A DNA stretch of 64,000 bases. It comes from an uncultured Pseudomonadota bacterium. Lineage in GTDB: Bacteria; Oederibacteriota; Muellerivitia; Muellerivitales; Muellerivitaceae. The position numbers and the translations under genes were made by a program. Under the pieces are notes generated by a model. It was not told where the DNA came from and ran no database searches. It was given only the letters and a program-made list of their open reading frames with translations. Position 1 is the first letter of the stretch. The number at the start of each line of letters is the position of its first letter. Where the stretch lies: the NCBI GenBank assembly GCA_963770835.1, contig CAVYRH010000003.1:160001-224000 (forward strand). The letters run 5' to 3'. Shown in pieces: positions 1 to 11,600 of the stretch.

Positions 1-694
1 CGACAAGCCTTACCAGTGGACTGAGATGCCTTACGACTTGAACCAGTCGACTGTCGACAGTCGACTGTCGACAGCAGAACAACAGATGCAACTGCAAACA
101 GTAAGAGAGGACAAAGAAAAGCAACGGATTAAAATTGCCGCAATTGATTGCGGCATTAAATACAACATCCTGCGCCGCCTGATGGCCGAGGGGTTCGACG
201 TGACGGTTTACCCGGCGACCACCAAGGTGAAAGACCTGATGAACAAAGGGCACAAAGGAGTGTTCTTGTCCAACGGTCCGGGCGACCCGGAAGGCGTACC
301 CTATGTGGCGAAGATGGTACGGGAACTGATCGAAAAAAGTGTGCCGATTTTTGGCATCTGCCTAGGGCATCAAATCCTGGGGCTAGCCTTGGGCGGCAAG
401 ACCTACAAACTCAAGTTCGGCCACCGGGGGGCTAACCAGCCGGTGTTGAATACCCTCAACCAAAAAGTCGAAATCACCAGCCAAAACCACGGATTCTGCG
501 TAGAGACGGAAAGCCTGAATAAGGATGAAGTGATCCCGACCCATATCAACTTGAGCGACAACACTTCCGAGGGCATGGCCATGAAGAAAAAGCCGGTTTA
601 TAGCGTGCAGTACCACCCCGAGGCTTCACCTGGCCCGCATGACTCGCGGTATCTCTTTAAACAATTCCGCGAGATGGTCGAGCGGAACGGCTAA
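1..694 (+). CDS. carA: Carbamoyl-phosphate synthase small subunit, 3' part (5' end outside window)
   Basis: Motifs SNGPGDP, PIFGICLGHQ, KFGHRGANQPV, TSQNHGF, SVQYHPEASPGPHD; upstream of carB. Confidence 0.97.
   Translation, partial: DKPYQWTEMPYDLNQSTVDSRLSTAEQQMQLQTVREDKEKQRIKIAAIDCGIKYNILRRLMAEGFDVTVYPATTKVKDLMNKGHKGVFLSNGPGDPEGVPYVAKMVRELIEKSVPIFGICLGHQILGLALGGKTYKLKFGHRGANQPVLNTLNQKVEITSQNHGFCVETESLNKDEVIPTHINLSDNTSEGMAMKKKPVYSVQYHPEASPGPHDSRYLFKQFREMVERNG
45..74. repeat. Heptamer tandem/palindromic repeat (A/T)GTCGAC x4, in frame inside carA
   Basis: agtcgac tgtcgac agtcgac tgtcgac ag, encoding STVDSRLST. Confidence 0.85.
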
Positions 695-714
695 TCGAAT
701 AAGAGGAGGCTGCC

Positions 715-1050
715 GTGGATGACGAGCAAAAGACGGTCTTTCATAGGAAAGATGGAGTGCGGCGGTACCAGGTCGAGCACATGAAGGAGCGTCTTATCCG
801 GAGGGTCCACCGCTCCCATTTGGTGCCCCTGGTCATCATTGTTTTCCTGGGTTTTTGTATGTGGAAGGGGATGGATATCCGGACCTGGCAGGTCTGGGCC
901 CCCTGCGCTGCCTTGGCGGCGGTCTATTTCTTGACCATGGCCTTGAGCGTATGTCCCCGATGCGGCCGCCGGTTCTTCGGCGGCTTGGGTTGGCTTTTCG
1001 GGTTCGCGCATAGTGTCCATTGCGGCAAATGCGGGTTCAAGTTGTTCTGA
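715..1050 (+). CDS. Small membrane protein, two TM helices plus C-terminal CxxC...CxxC zinc ribbon
   Basis: GAGGAGG RBS before GTG; hydrophobic segments; CPRC and CGKC motifs. Confidence 0.75.
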   Translation: MDDEQKTVFHRKDGVRRYQVEHMKERLIRRVHRSHLVPLVIIVFLGFCMWKGMDIRTWQVWAPCAALAAVYFLTMALSVCPRCGRRFFGGLGWLFGFAHSVHCGKCGFKLF

Positions 1051-1069
1051 TCAACGGGGGTTGTTCTAA

Positions 1070-1177
1070 ATGCCTAAACGCACTGACATCAAAAAGATCA
1101 TGGCCATCGGAGCCGGCCCGCACGATTCAAGGTATTTGTTTAAACAGTTCAGGGAGATGGTTGAAAAGAATGGTTAG
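1070..1177 (+). pseudogene. 35-aa chimeric mini-ORF: carB N-terminus fused to carA C-terminus
   Basis: Translates [35 protein letters not shown]; matches 1591-1641 and 632-694. Confidence 0.92.
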
Positions 1178-1194
1178 GAATTTAAAGATTTAGT

Positions 1195-1232
1195 CGTCAT
1201 TGCACGGAACGAATTTTGAGACGAAGCAACCC
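1195..1232. repeat. Degenerate GTCATTGC...GACGAAGCAA(T/C)CC-type intergenic repeat
   Basis: gtcattgcacggaacgaattttgagacgaagcaaccc resembles a widespread REP-like repeat; single degenerate copy here. Confidence 0.4.
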
Positions 1233-1281
1233 AAGTTCATGGGTGGTTTATGTCAAAGAGATTAGTTTGAAATGGGTCTTC

Positions 1282-1578
1282 ATGGATAAGAAATATAAAG
1301 AGTTTTTCAAAATGATGAAATTCACGAATTGGTTGATTTTGGTCTTAACCATTGGATTGATTCCTTTTTTGTTATTAATGTCCCATATCCCTTGGTTCTA
1401 TTTAAGAAACGGATCGATTTTTTCTTACATATTTTTTTGGTGGGGATCCGGATTCTTTCGTGGTTCGGTTAGGTGCCCACGCTGCCGAAAAATGTTTTGT
1501 GTCAAATCTTTAGGCGTTCTTAATTTTGGAAATCCTTTTAGTGGTGAATGCTTGAATTGTGGTCTGAAAAACAAATGA
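1282..1578 (+). CDS. Small membrane protein, two TM helices plus C-terminal zinc ribbon; AT-rich counterpart of 715-1050
   Basis: CPRC...CLNCG motifs; same architecture as 715-1050; start uncertain. Confidence 0.7.
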   Translation: MDKKYKEFFKMMKFTNWLILVLTIGLIPFLLLMSHIPWFYLRNGSIFSYIFFWWGSGFFRGSVRCPRCRKMFCVKSLGVLNFGNPFSGECLNCGLKNK

Positions 1579-1590
1579 AAATGGGAAAAC

Positions 1591-4500
1591 ATGCCCAAAC
1601 GGACTGACATCAAAAAGATCATGGTCATCGGGGCCGGGCCCATCATCATCGGGCAGGCCTGCGAGTTCGACTATTCGGGCACCCAGGGCTGCAAGGCCCT
1701 GAAGGAAGAGGGCTACGAGGTCATCCTCATCAACTCCAACCCCGCCACCATCATGACCGACCCGGAATTCGCCCACCGCACCTATGTGGAACCCATCACC
1801 CCCGAAGTTTGCCGCAAAATCATTGAAAAAGAACGTCCGGACGCCCTTTTGCCGACCCTGGGGGGCCAGACGGCCCTCAATACCGCCGTGGCCCTGGCCG
1901 AGAACGGCACCTTGAACGAATTCAAGGTGGAACTTATCGGCGCAAATCTAGCCGCCATCAAGAAGGCCGAAGACCGCCAGCTTTTCAAGGAAGCCATGAT
2001 CAAGATCGGCCTGGACCTTCCTGATTCCCTAACCGTGAAGACCCTTGAAGAGGGGATTGGCTTCGCCGAAACCAACGGGTATCCCGTCATTATCCGGCCC
2101 GCCTTTACCTTGGGCGGCACGGGCGGCGGCATCGCCTATAACCGCCAGGAATTTGAGGAAATCCTCTCCAAGGGCATCGACCTGTCACCTATCCACCAAT
2201 GCCTGGTGGAGCAATCGGTCATGGGCTGGAAGGAATTCGAGATGGAGGTCATGCGCGACCTCAAGGACAACGTGGTCATCATCTGCTCCATCGAGAACAT
2301 GGACCCCATGGGTATCCACACCGGGGATTCGGTGACGGTGGCCCCGGCCCAAACCCTCACCGACAAGGAATACCAGCGCATGCGGGACGCCTCCATCGCC
2401 TGCATCCGGGAGATCGGCGTGGATACGGGCGGCTCCAATATCCAGTTCGGCGTGGACCCCAAGACGGGCCGTATGGTCATCATCGAGATGAACCCCCGGG
2501 TGTCCCGCTCCTCGGCCCTGGCTTCCAAGGCCACGGGGTTCCCCATCGCCAAGATCGCGGCCAAACTGGCTGTCGGCTACAGCCTGGACGAGATCTTCAA
2601 CGACATCACCCGCTACACCAAGGCGGCCTTCGAGCCCACCATCGATTACGTGGTCACCAAGATCCCCCGTTTCACCTTCGAGAAATTCCCCGACGCCGAG
2701 GACATCCTGAACACCTCCATGAAGAGCGTGGGCGAGACCATGTCCATCGGTCGCACCTTCAAGGAAAGCTACCAGAAGGCCCTGCGGTCCATGGAAACTG
2801 GCACCATCGGCCTGGGCGCCGACGGGCGGGAATGGAAGGAAGGCCGCTGGCAGAGGACCGGCGTCCGCAAGCCCCGGGGCTTGTCCCACGACGTCCTTGA
2901 CGCCCAGTTGCGCAAGCCCACCTCGCAACGGCATTTCTTCGTGCGCCAGGCCCTTTGGCAGAACTATGACGGTGGACAAGCTTTACAAGCTCTCGGCCAT
3001 CGACCCCTGGTTCCTGAATGAGATGAAGGAGATCGTGGACCTGGAGAAGGAACTGGAAAAATCAACCGCCAAGCGCGGCAAATTGAGGACCAAACTGCCC
3101 GACGACCTTTTGCGGCGGGCCAAGGCTTACGGCTTTTCCGACCCCCAACTGGCCTTCCTTTGCGGGGTCAAGGAAACGGACATCCGCAAGTACCGTAAGA
3201 TGCGGGGCGTAAAACCCGTTTACAAGATGGTGGACACTTGCGCCGCCGAGTTCGAGGCCTTCACGCCTTATCTATATTCCACTTATGAATTGGGCCGGTC
3301 CTCCTTCGCGGGGAAGGATGTGGAAGCCGGGCCGACCAAAGAAAACAAGATCATGATCCTGGGCGGCGGGCCCAACCGCATCGGGCAGGGCATCGAGTTC
3401 GACTATTGCTGCGTGCACGGGGCTTTCGCGCTTCAAGGCCGACGGGTATGAAGTCATCATGGTGAACAACAATCCCGAAACCGTCTCCACCGATTACGAC
3501 ACGTCCAACCGCCTTTATTTCGAGCCCCTGACCTTTGAGGATGTCATGAACATCCTGGACCGGGAAAATCCCAAGGGGGTCATCGTGCAGTTCGGGGGCC
3601 AGACACCCCTGAAATTGGCGGTTTCCCTGAAAAAGGCGGGGGCGCCCATCATCGGCACCTCGCCCGAATCCATCGACGTGGCCGAGGACCGCAAACTCTT
3701 CGGGGCCATGTTGAGGCGCCTGAAGATCCGCCAGCCGGACAACGGCATCGCCATGAACGTCAAGCAGGCCAAGCCCGTGGCCCGTAAGGTGGGTTATCCG
3801 GTGGTGGTCCGCCCTTCCTACGTCCTGGGCGGCCGGGCCATGGAGATCGTCTATGACGAGGAATCCCTGGACGAGTTCGTGGTCAAGGCGGCGGAAGCGG
3901 CCCCGGACAAGCCCATTCTGATCGACCATTTCCTGGAGGACGCCATTGAAGTGGACGTGGACTGCGTCTGCGACGGGAAGGAAGTGCTAGTTGCGGGCAT
4001 CATGGAGCATATCGAGGAAGCGGGCATCCATTCGGGCGATTCGGCCTGCGTGATTCCGCCCTATACCCTACGGGAAGACCAGATCAACACCATCCGCAAG
4101 TACACCAAGGAAATGGCCCTGAGCCCTCAAGGTGAAGGGCCTGATGAACGTCCAATACGCCATAAAGAACGACCTCGTGTATGTGCTGGAAGTGAACCCC
4201 CGGGCCTCCCGCACCGTGCCTTTCGTCTCCAAGGCCACGGGCACACCCTGGGCCAAGGTGGCGGCCCGGCTCATGGCGGGGAAGACCATCGCTGGCTTGA
4301 AGGTCAAGGAAGTTTCCTACCTCAAGCATATTGCCGTGAAGGAATCGGTATTTCCCTTCAACCGATTCCCGGGCGTGGACACGGTCCTGGGGCCGGAAAT
4401 GAAATCCACGGGCGAAGTCATGGGTATCGACAACGATTTCGGCATGGCCTTCTCCAAGAGCCAGATGGCGGCCAACTCTTCCCTACCCCTCAAGGGCACG

Positions 4501-4897
4501 GTTTTCGTATCCGTGAAAAACAAGGACAAGCGGTCAGTGATTTTTATCGCCAAACGCCTGAGCGACATGGGGTTCAAACTGGTGGCCACCCAGGGAACGG
4601 CCCAGGCCCTTACCAGCAATGGCCTGGAGGTGACGGTGGTGCGCAAGGTGCATGAGGGGCGGCCCAACGTGGTGGACCTCATCAAGAACGGCGGGCATCC
4701 AGCTCATCATGAACACTCCGGCGGGGAAGGGCCCCAGGTCGGACGACTTCCAAATCCGCCGCACGGCGGTGGTCTATAACGTTCCTTGTATCACCACGCT
4801 CTCGGCCTGCGCGGCCGCCGCCAACGGTATCGAGGCCTTGAAGAAACGCGAAATCAAGGTGAAGTCACTGCAGGCCCATTTTTCAAATGAAATATAG
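1591..4897 (+). CDS. carB: Carbamoyl-phosphate synthase large subunit, split by four frameshifts (~2960, ~3435, ~4125, ~4695)
   Basis: [73 protein letters not shown] and an MGS domain, spread over five ORF pieces. Confidence 0.96.
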
Positions 4898-5243
4898 ATT
4901 TGGATGGATGGGCCCGGGCCCATTGTCTTATTTGTCTTAATGGAAAGAACGGGCAGGAACATCACCAAAAATAAAAAAGCTTTTGTTCGCTCTTAATTGG
5001 AAATCTTTAAAAAAGTCCCGGTTTGTTTAATCGTCAGAATCCCACCCCAAGTCGTCAAAACTTCTGACAATTTTTGGCGTTTTTTCTGAATTGTATTCTA
5101 TTGAAAAAAGCGTGCAAGAAATTGTCAATTTAAAAGCAATTTGCACGATAAATAAAAGAAAACAAAGTGTTAAGGGCATAAATATTGCAGTTAAAATGCT
5201 AAGGTTAACCGTAAGACATTTTCTTATCTAAAGGTTCGGTTTT

Positions 5244-5579
5244 ATGACCTCAAACAATGAAAAACGCCGTCACAACCGGATAGAGTTCCAAAAACCGGTT
5301 CGCATATTTCCTGTCCTTCCTTCAAAATCCGGAAATATTTACGAAGTTCAAACTGAATCTTTCGAGGCCCGCGCTTCCGACGTCAGCGAAGGGGGTGTTG
5401 GTTTGGAAATGAGCCGGTCCCTGAATCCCGATTTCCTGGTCAAAATGAATTTCGAGGTGCAGAACAACCAGCCAGTGGAAGTTTATGGAAAGATCGTCTG
5501 GTCCCGGTTGAACCGGTGCGGTGTAAGGTTTATGCACATGGACTCATCCCTCCGCAAGGGCCTCCGTTCCCTCGTCTAA
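5244..5579 (+). CDS. Single-domain PilZ protein (c-di-GMP receptor)
   Basis: RRHNR (RxxxR) and DVSEGG (DxSxxG) motifs, G-K-I-V-W, G-V-R-F. Confidence 0.85.
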   Translation: MTSNNEKRRHNRIEFQKPVRIFPVLPSKSGNIYEVQTESFEARASDVSEGGVGLEMSRSLNPDFLVKMNFEVQNNQPVEVYGKIVWSRLNRCGVRFMHMDSSLRKGLRSLV

Positions 5580-5665
5580 AAGAATTTCCCCGTAAGCAAT
5601 TTACTTTATAACTGTGGTCTTTTGCCCCTACCTTCCGGCACCGCCTTCCCTTAAAATTGTTTCCC

Positions 5666-6214
5666 ATGGAAAACCGCCTGCATCTTTATTACGGCTACGG
5701 CAAGGGAAAAACGACGGCCGCCATCGGCCTGGCGATCCGGGCCTTAGGCGCCAGTAAAAGGGTCGCCATCGTCCAATTCGACAAGGGATATGACGGCGTC
5801 AATGAGCATTATTCCGAACGCAAAATCCTCCGTTCGCTTCCCAATCTCCAATTGTTTCCTTTCGGCAGGGAAAGGGTCTTAGGCCCCAAGGCCTTTCGGT
5901 TCAAGAACGAGCCGGGCGACCTGGGGGAGGCCCAAAGGGCCCTCGCGAAAGCCAGGGAACTACTCGATGGGGACGGATTAGATCTCCTGGTCTTGGATGA
6001 AATTTTAGCGTCGGTCATGACCCGGCTGTTGACGCGGGAGGAAGTGATGGATTTGGTGGACCTTTACAACCGGAACCGCCGCTGCGAGCTGGTACTGACA
6101 GGCCACCAGGTTTGGCCCGAATTGGTGGAGAAGGCCGACCTGGTCACCGAAATGAAAAAGGAAAAACACTATTTCGACCAAAAGGCGCCGTCCAAGGAAG
6201 GAATTGAATTTTGA
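5666..6214 (+). CDS. cobO: Cob(I)yrinic acid a,c-diamide adenosyltransferase (CobO/BtuR family)
   Basis: YYGYGKGKTTAAIGLAIRALG, LLVLDEI, ELVLTG, ADLVTEM..KHYF..GIEF. Confidence 0.9.
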   Translation: MENRLHLYYGYGKGKTTAAIGLAIRALGASKRVAIVQFDKGYDGVNEHYSERKILRSLPNLQLFPFGRERVLGPKAFRFKNEPGDLGEAQRALAKARELLDGDGLDLLVLDEILASVMTRLLTREEVMDLVDLYNRNRRCELVLTGHQVWPELVEKADLVTEMKKEKHYFDQKAPSKEGIEF

Positions 6215-6858
6215 CCGGCGCCAAACTTCATTCGCCCATTCCTTATTTTTTACTGACCGCCCTAATGGGATTGGTACCTGTTTTAAACAACAAATACCCG
6301 GCTCAATTTTTTCCCGCTTTTTCCCCCTTTCTGGTCGAGGTCGGATCGGTCTTTCTAGGTGTTTTTTCCACTTTTTGGGGTTTTTCAAGGGGTTGGGAGA
6401 TACTGCAACGCCGTTCATGGGCCCGGGAGCTTGTCCGGCAAGCCGTTGGGAAACGACAGGCGGAACCAAAAGCGGAAGAAAACGAGATCAACAACGCGGG
6501 GCGGTTGATTTCCCGCCTGGTGCGAAATGTCGACGAGGATCTGATGGAAATTATGCCGGATTTCACCGGCAATTCCCTCAAAAGGCTTCAAGGTGTTTTT
6601 CCCCTTCTTTTGGATGAAATCAGGAACGAGGAGGATGCCCTCATCAGGTTGGGAGTCGTGGGAACCTATTTGGGGGAAACGGCTTGCCGGAATTTCCAGT
6701 GGCAGTGGTTTTTCCAGACCGATCCCGCCTTGCGGCAATTCAACTATTTGGCCTCCACCCTACGGAAGACTGGGAAAGAACTGGACCCCTATGCCTGGGC
6801 GGGGGAATTACTTGTCGGAAAGAAAAAAGTTGAAGCTTTCCTGCGAGATGCCCGATGA
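6211..6858 (+). CDS. Hypothetical membrane-anchored protein
   Basis: Overlaps the cobO stop and the next start; two N-terminal hydrophobic segments. Confidence 0.6.
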   Translation: MTGAKLHSPIPYFLLTALMGLVPVLNNKYPAQFFPAFSPFLVEVGSVFLGVFSTFWGFSRGWEILQRRSWARELVRQAVGKRQAEPKAEENEINNAGRLISRLVRNVDEDLMEIMPDFTGNSLKRLQGVFPLLLDEIRNEEDALIRLGVVGTYLGETACRNFQWQWFFQTDPALRQFNYLASTLRKTGKELDPYAWAGELLVGKKKVEAFLRDAR

Positions 6859-7544
6859 GACGCCTAAGGCTTTTCCTCTTGGTTTTGGCGGGAATTTTGG
6901 CAACCAGTGGGGGAAATACCGCCTTGGCCCAATGCGCCGGAGGCCCGCCGGTCAACCGCCAAGCCATTTTCCACGTCGTTAATATCCCCATCCAGCCCCA
7001 TTATTTTCATAACTTCAGCACGGCCCAGATCGAGGGGCTTCAAACCAGCGTGAAGTTCACCTCCCGAAACCTCCAAGAGCCGGGGTTGACCTCCGCAGAG
7101 CAAGCTTTGGATACCAGCTACCAATGCGGGGCCTTGGAAAACACCCGGACCCACCGGGTCTGCGTCTGGGCTGATTCCGTGGAGATCGACTTCTCCTACA
7201 CCAAGATGGACGTTTACGTCTCCAGCCAGTACCCGGAAGGCTCCTGCCCCTATCGGGTGATCTTGGCCCATGAAAACCAGCATGTGGCCATCAATAACCG
7301 GGTTTTAAAGAAATACCTGGGACTCATGAAGCAAGCCATTCGACGGGACCGGAGCATTCCCACCAAAGACCGTCCGATTTCGGCCGGCTCGTTTAAGGAG
7401 GGGCAGGACATCATCGCCGCCCGGATCGCGCGCATCATCCAACCGCTTTACGATCACTACAAGAGGGAAGTCCGGTGGGACAACCGGATGATCGACACCA
7501 TGCGAAATTACGGGCGAATCCAGGCCAAATGTAAGGATTGGTAA
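6855..7544 (+). CDS. Secreted HExxH protein (DUF922-like putative Zn peptidase)
   Basis: Signal peptide; ILAHENQHVAI motif; terminal D...Y...C pattern. Confidence 0.6.
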   Translation: MRRLRLFLLVLAGILATSGGNTALAQCAGGPPVNRQAIFHVVNIPIQPHYFHNFSTAQIEGLQTSVKFTSRNLQEPGLTSAEQALDTSYQCGALENTRTHRVCVWADSVEIDFSYTKMDVYVSSQYPEGSCPYRVILAHENQHVAINNRVLKKYLGLMKQAIRRDRSIPTKDRPISAGSFKEGQDIIAARIARIIQPLYDHYKREVRWDNRMIDTMRNYGRIQAKCKDW

Positions 7545-7583
7545 CGACAGCCGGCAGTTAAAAGTCCGCAACCGACAGCCAGA
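7545..7583. repeat. Degenerate heptamer tandem repeat
   Basis: agccggc agttaaa agtccgc aaccgac agccaga; same periodicity as 14531 and 63071. Confidence 0.45.
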
Positions 7584-7606
7584 TTTAAAATAAAATGAGG
7601 TGAAAT

Positions 7607-7641
7607 AAAAAAAGCCCCTGGGGTTTTCCCCAGGAGCTTTT
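7607..7641. terminator. Bidirectional intrinsic terminator
   Basis: A7-gcccctgggg tttt ccccaggagc-T5 between convergent genes. Confidence 0.8.
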
Positions 7642-7658
7642 GGGCGTCCTCAAGACTT

Positions 7659-7859
7659 TTATATCTTGCGGACGTTTTCAGCCTTCAGACCCTTTTGGCC
7701 CTGGGTGACATCAAACTCCACCCGGTCGCCTTCGTTCAGGGATTTAAAACCATCCGACTGAATTGCGGAGAAGTGGACGAATACGTCCTCGCCTCCGTCT
7801 TGGGAAATGAAACCAAAACCCTTCTCGTTCTTAAACCACTTGACAGTACCTTGTGCCAT
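7659..7859 (-). CDS. cspA: Cold-shock protein
   Basis: GTVKWF, KGFGFI (RNP1), DVFVHFSAI (RNP2). Confidence 0.95.
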   Translation of the reverse strand: MAQGTVKWFKNEKGFGFISQDGGEDVFVHFSAIQSDGFKSLNEGDRVEFDVTQGQKGLKAENVRKI

Positions 7860-8029
7860 GCTGCGACAACCTTTCTACTAACTTAAAATTTTAGTCATCT
7901 TTAGGCAAAAAAAGCCCCAAAGACGGCGTCATCCTAGCGTAATTGTGGGGGAAAAGATAGAAAAAACCTACGAATTGCCTTTAAAAACGGCGGGATAAGC
8001 ACAGCGTTAAAATAAGGATGAAAATCTTC

Positions 8030-8569
8030 CTATTCAAGACCCTCCCCGGATTCGCCAATAAATTCATAAGAATCCACAGCCGCCTGCAGGGCGGGCAGGT
8101 CCTCGCGGAGGATTTGCTCGCTGGAGGAGGTCAGGGTGAATACCACGACCGCATCCTCTTCCTCAACGTAGGCCACGGCCTCGCCACTGCCGTCCTTGTA
8201 ACCAAAGTAAAGGAAAAGCGGGACGGACTTTTTTAAATGGGTTTGCAGAAAGGGGCCGTTTTGAATGAGGATCAGTGGGTTTTGCTGGCGAGCCGAAGAT
8301 TCGTCCTGGCGGATTAGGTCGTTGAGGTCCTTGAAACCATCGCCCTTGTCGGCCACACTCACATAAAGGACCGAGGGGGCGTTTTGATAAGTCGTCCCTT
8401 GGGGATACAAAACCGCGTCCGCCTCCGCGTCGGAGGCCATGCTCTTATCCAGAACCCAACCCACGGGCGCGGAAAGAAAAAAAGAATATCCACCCCCCTG
8501 GACCATTTCGGCTGAAAGGGGAGCGGCGGACAATAAAAAAGCCAGCCCGACATATTTCATTTTGCTCAT
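8030..8569 (-). CDS. Hypothetical secreted protein
   Basis: GGAG RBS then MSKMKYVGLAFLLSAAPLSA signal peptide. Confidence 0.65.
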   Translation of the reverse strand: MSKMKYVGLAFLLSAAPLSAEMVQGGGYSFFLSAPVGWVLDKSMASDAEADAVLYPQGTTYQNAPSVLYVSVADKGDGFKDLNDLIRQDESSARQQNPLILIQNGPFLQTHLKKSVPLFLYFGYKDGSGEAVAYVEEEDAVVVFTLTSSSEQILREDLPALQAAVDSYEFIGESGEGLE

Positions 8570-8697
8570 GCCATTCTCCAGGGTGGTTCGCTTGGAGGGG
8601 TTTTTGTCCCTCCCGCGTTTGGCAAGGGATTTTTGACTGAAATACAATTAAAATCAACCGGTTCATTTGAATACAAGGGCCGTTTAAAGGGGACACT

Positions 8698-11600
8698 GTG
8701 AAAAACTTAAGATTACTGCTGATGGCGACTTTCATTCTGGCAGTGGTGAACCACCCTGCGGCCTTCGCTGAACCGATGTTGAACTGGGCGGTCAACGGGG
8801 ATTTCAAGGGTAGCGGCGGCTGGACGGGAGGCCTCACAACCGAACCGGGTCGCGACAGCCAGCCCGCGGCCTCTTTAGAAAACACGAAGCCCACCTGGAC
8901 GGAGTGCGACCAGAAGATCAACCTGCCCCAACCCGCCCCACCCGTTGTTGAGGTTTCGGGTTGGTTGAAGACCGAGAACGTGGTCAAGGGGGCGAACGAT
9001 TGGGAAGTGGCCCGCATCACCGTGGTGTTTTACGACGCCCAAGGCAACCGGCTGGGGGATTGGCCCGCGCCGATTGCCCAAATCCAAGGCACCCACGATT
9101 GGGATTTTTATTCCAACCAATACAACGTTCCCAAGGGAACCGCCTGGGCTACACTGGGCATTTCCTTGGGCAACTGCACGGGCAAGGCATGGTTTTCGGA
9201 CCTCCGCTTCCTGGTTTACGATTACGATTTGAAGCCCTTGGCGCAGGGCCAGCCCACCCATCCCGACCGCAAGCCAGTAGTTTCCCAAAAGACGGAGAAT
9301 TGGCTTTTGAACCCGGATTTGGAGACTCCCGGCGACATGGCTTGGAGCCAAGCCCGCATCGCGGGACCTGGCCACCAATCCCTCCATTGCCTGGCCTTCC
9401 AGAACGACCAGCCGTCCTGGAACCTGTCGGGCCAAAATGTCTCGTTCCAGGACAAGGCTCCGGCTTTCGTGATTTACTCCGGCTGGGTGAAAACCGAAAA
9501 CGTCACGGTGGGCCAGCATGACTGGGAAGCCGCCCGCCTCGGGATCGACTTCCGGGACGCCAACAACAAACAGGTGGGCGGCTGGCAGGATTCGGTCTGC
9601 AAGGTTACCAGCACCACTGACTGGACTTATTATGAAAAAAAGTACAACGTGCCAACCGGCGCCGCCCAAGCCTACGTGGACTGTGGGCTGGGCAATTGCA
9701 CGGGCAAGGCCTGGGTGGATGACCTCTCCCTGAAGCTCCTGGACGCCCAGGGAAATCCCATCCCCACGGTCATCCAGTCCCAGCAGGTTTCAGATACTTC
9801 CGATTGGTACGCCTACCAACCCCCTGACAAGTTTTCGGATACGGCCCTGGACCTTTCTTTCCTCAATGACAAGCCCGCCGGAACCCACGGCTTCGTGTCC
9901 GCCCAGGGCGGGCATTTCACCTTCGCCGACGGCGCACGGGTGCGCTTTTGGGGCACGGACCTCGTGGGCCCCAACAATTTCCCCAGCCACAACCAGGCCG
10001 ACGCCCTGGCGGAGCGGCTCGCCAAGCTGGGCGTGAACATCATCCGCTTCCACATGCCCGAGTGCAGCTGGAGCGACAATAATTTCTTCGACCCCCACGC
10101 CGACAACACCCTGACCCTCAAGCCCGAGCAAGTGGACAAATTCGACTACCTGGTGGCGGTCCTGAAGAAGAACGGCATTTATTTTTATCCCGACTGGCTG
10201 GTGGACCGTAAGTTCCGGTCCGGGGACGGTGTCGCGGCCTACCAGGAACTGGAACCGGGCGCCAAGGGGGTCATCCATTTCGACCCGAAGATTATGGAGC
10301 TAACGAAGAAGTACGCCGAGGAACTCATCGGCCACGTGAACCCCTATACGGGCATGGCCTTGAAGGACGACCCGGCCTACGTGGGCAATGAGATCGTCAA
10401 CGAATCCTCCATCTTCTGTGGTTTCGGGGACCAAAAAATGCCCGACCCTTATTGGGACGAGCTGCAAAAGCTTTATTCCGCCTGGGGCGGCCAGGGAAAG
10501 ATCACCCGGTTCAAGTTCGACTGGGACACGCAAAAACTATTGCCGACCCAAAATCCGGAGAACGCCGACGCGAGCCTCAAATTCCTCCTCTATGAAGTCA
10601 CGAAGACCGATGGGGAAATGAAGGCCTTCCAGCGAAAGCTCAGCCCCCACGCGCTTTTGACCGGGACCAACATGGGCCTGCCGGTGTTGGGCAACATCAA
10701 GTCCGACGCCACGCTGGACTTCATGGACAGCCACGCCTATTGGGACCATCCCCAAATCTGGAACATCGTGGGCGGCTGGATCAACGTGTCCCACGCGCCC
10801 ATGAACAACAATTCCCAGCTCACCTCGCCCTTCCAGGGGTCGCTGATTTTCGGGCTGTGCCAGGACGCGGTGGAGGGAAAACCCCTCATCGTTACCGAGT
10901 GGAACGACTGTTTCCCCAACGAGTACCGCATTGAGGGGCCGGTGCTGATGGCGGCCTACGGCAGCCTGCAGGATTGGGATGGCATGCTTCAGTTCGACCA
11001 CGGCCTGGACCTGCCGGGAACGGTCAAGATGACCAACTTCGACATCGACAACCGCGTGGACGACCAGCCCCTCTACCAGGCGGGCGCGCTGATGTTCCGG
11101 CTGGGATACCTCAAGGCCGCCTCTGTCACCGTGGTGGAGTCCATCTCAGACAAGGCGGTTTTGGACAACGGCATGAAAAGCGAGTGGATATCCGACCACC
11201 CTTGGCTGCCCTATGTCGCGAAAGTGGAGAAACGCTTCACAGGGAAAAAGGAAGGGGAACCCCCGGACATCACGGGCATCGAGAAGCTCCACAGCGAAGC
11301 GGAAAAGGAAGTCGACAGTTCCACGGGCGAGGAAACCCTGGATTACGGAAAGGGCACCCTCAAGATCGACAGCCCCATGGCCCAAGGGCTGGTGGGCGCC
11401 ATCGGCAACGGCCAGGTGCTGGGCACGACCGGTTTGTGGATGCAGTTGGCCAAACGAAATCCCTGGGCAGCGGTCTTGGCCGTTTCCCTGGACCAAAAGC
11501 CCCTGGACAAGTCCGGCCGTTTCATGGTTTTCGCCGTGGCGCGGGCGGAGAACAGCGGCCAGGTTTTCAACGCTACTCGCACGGCCTTGAAAGACCCCGG

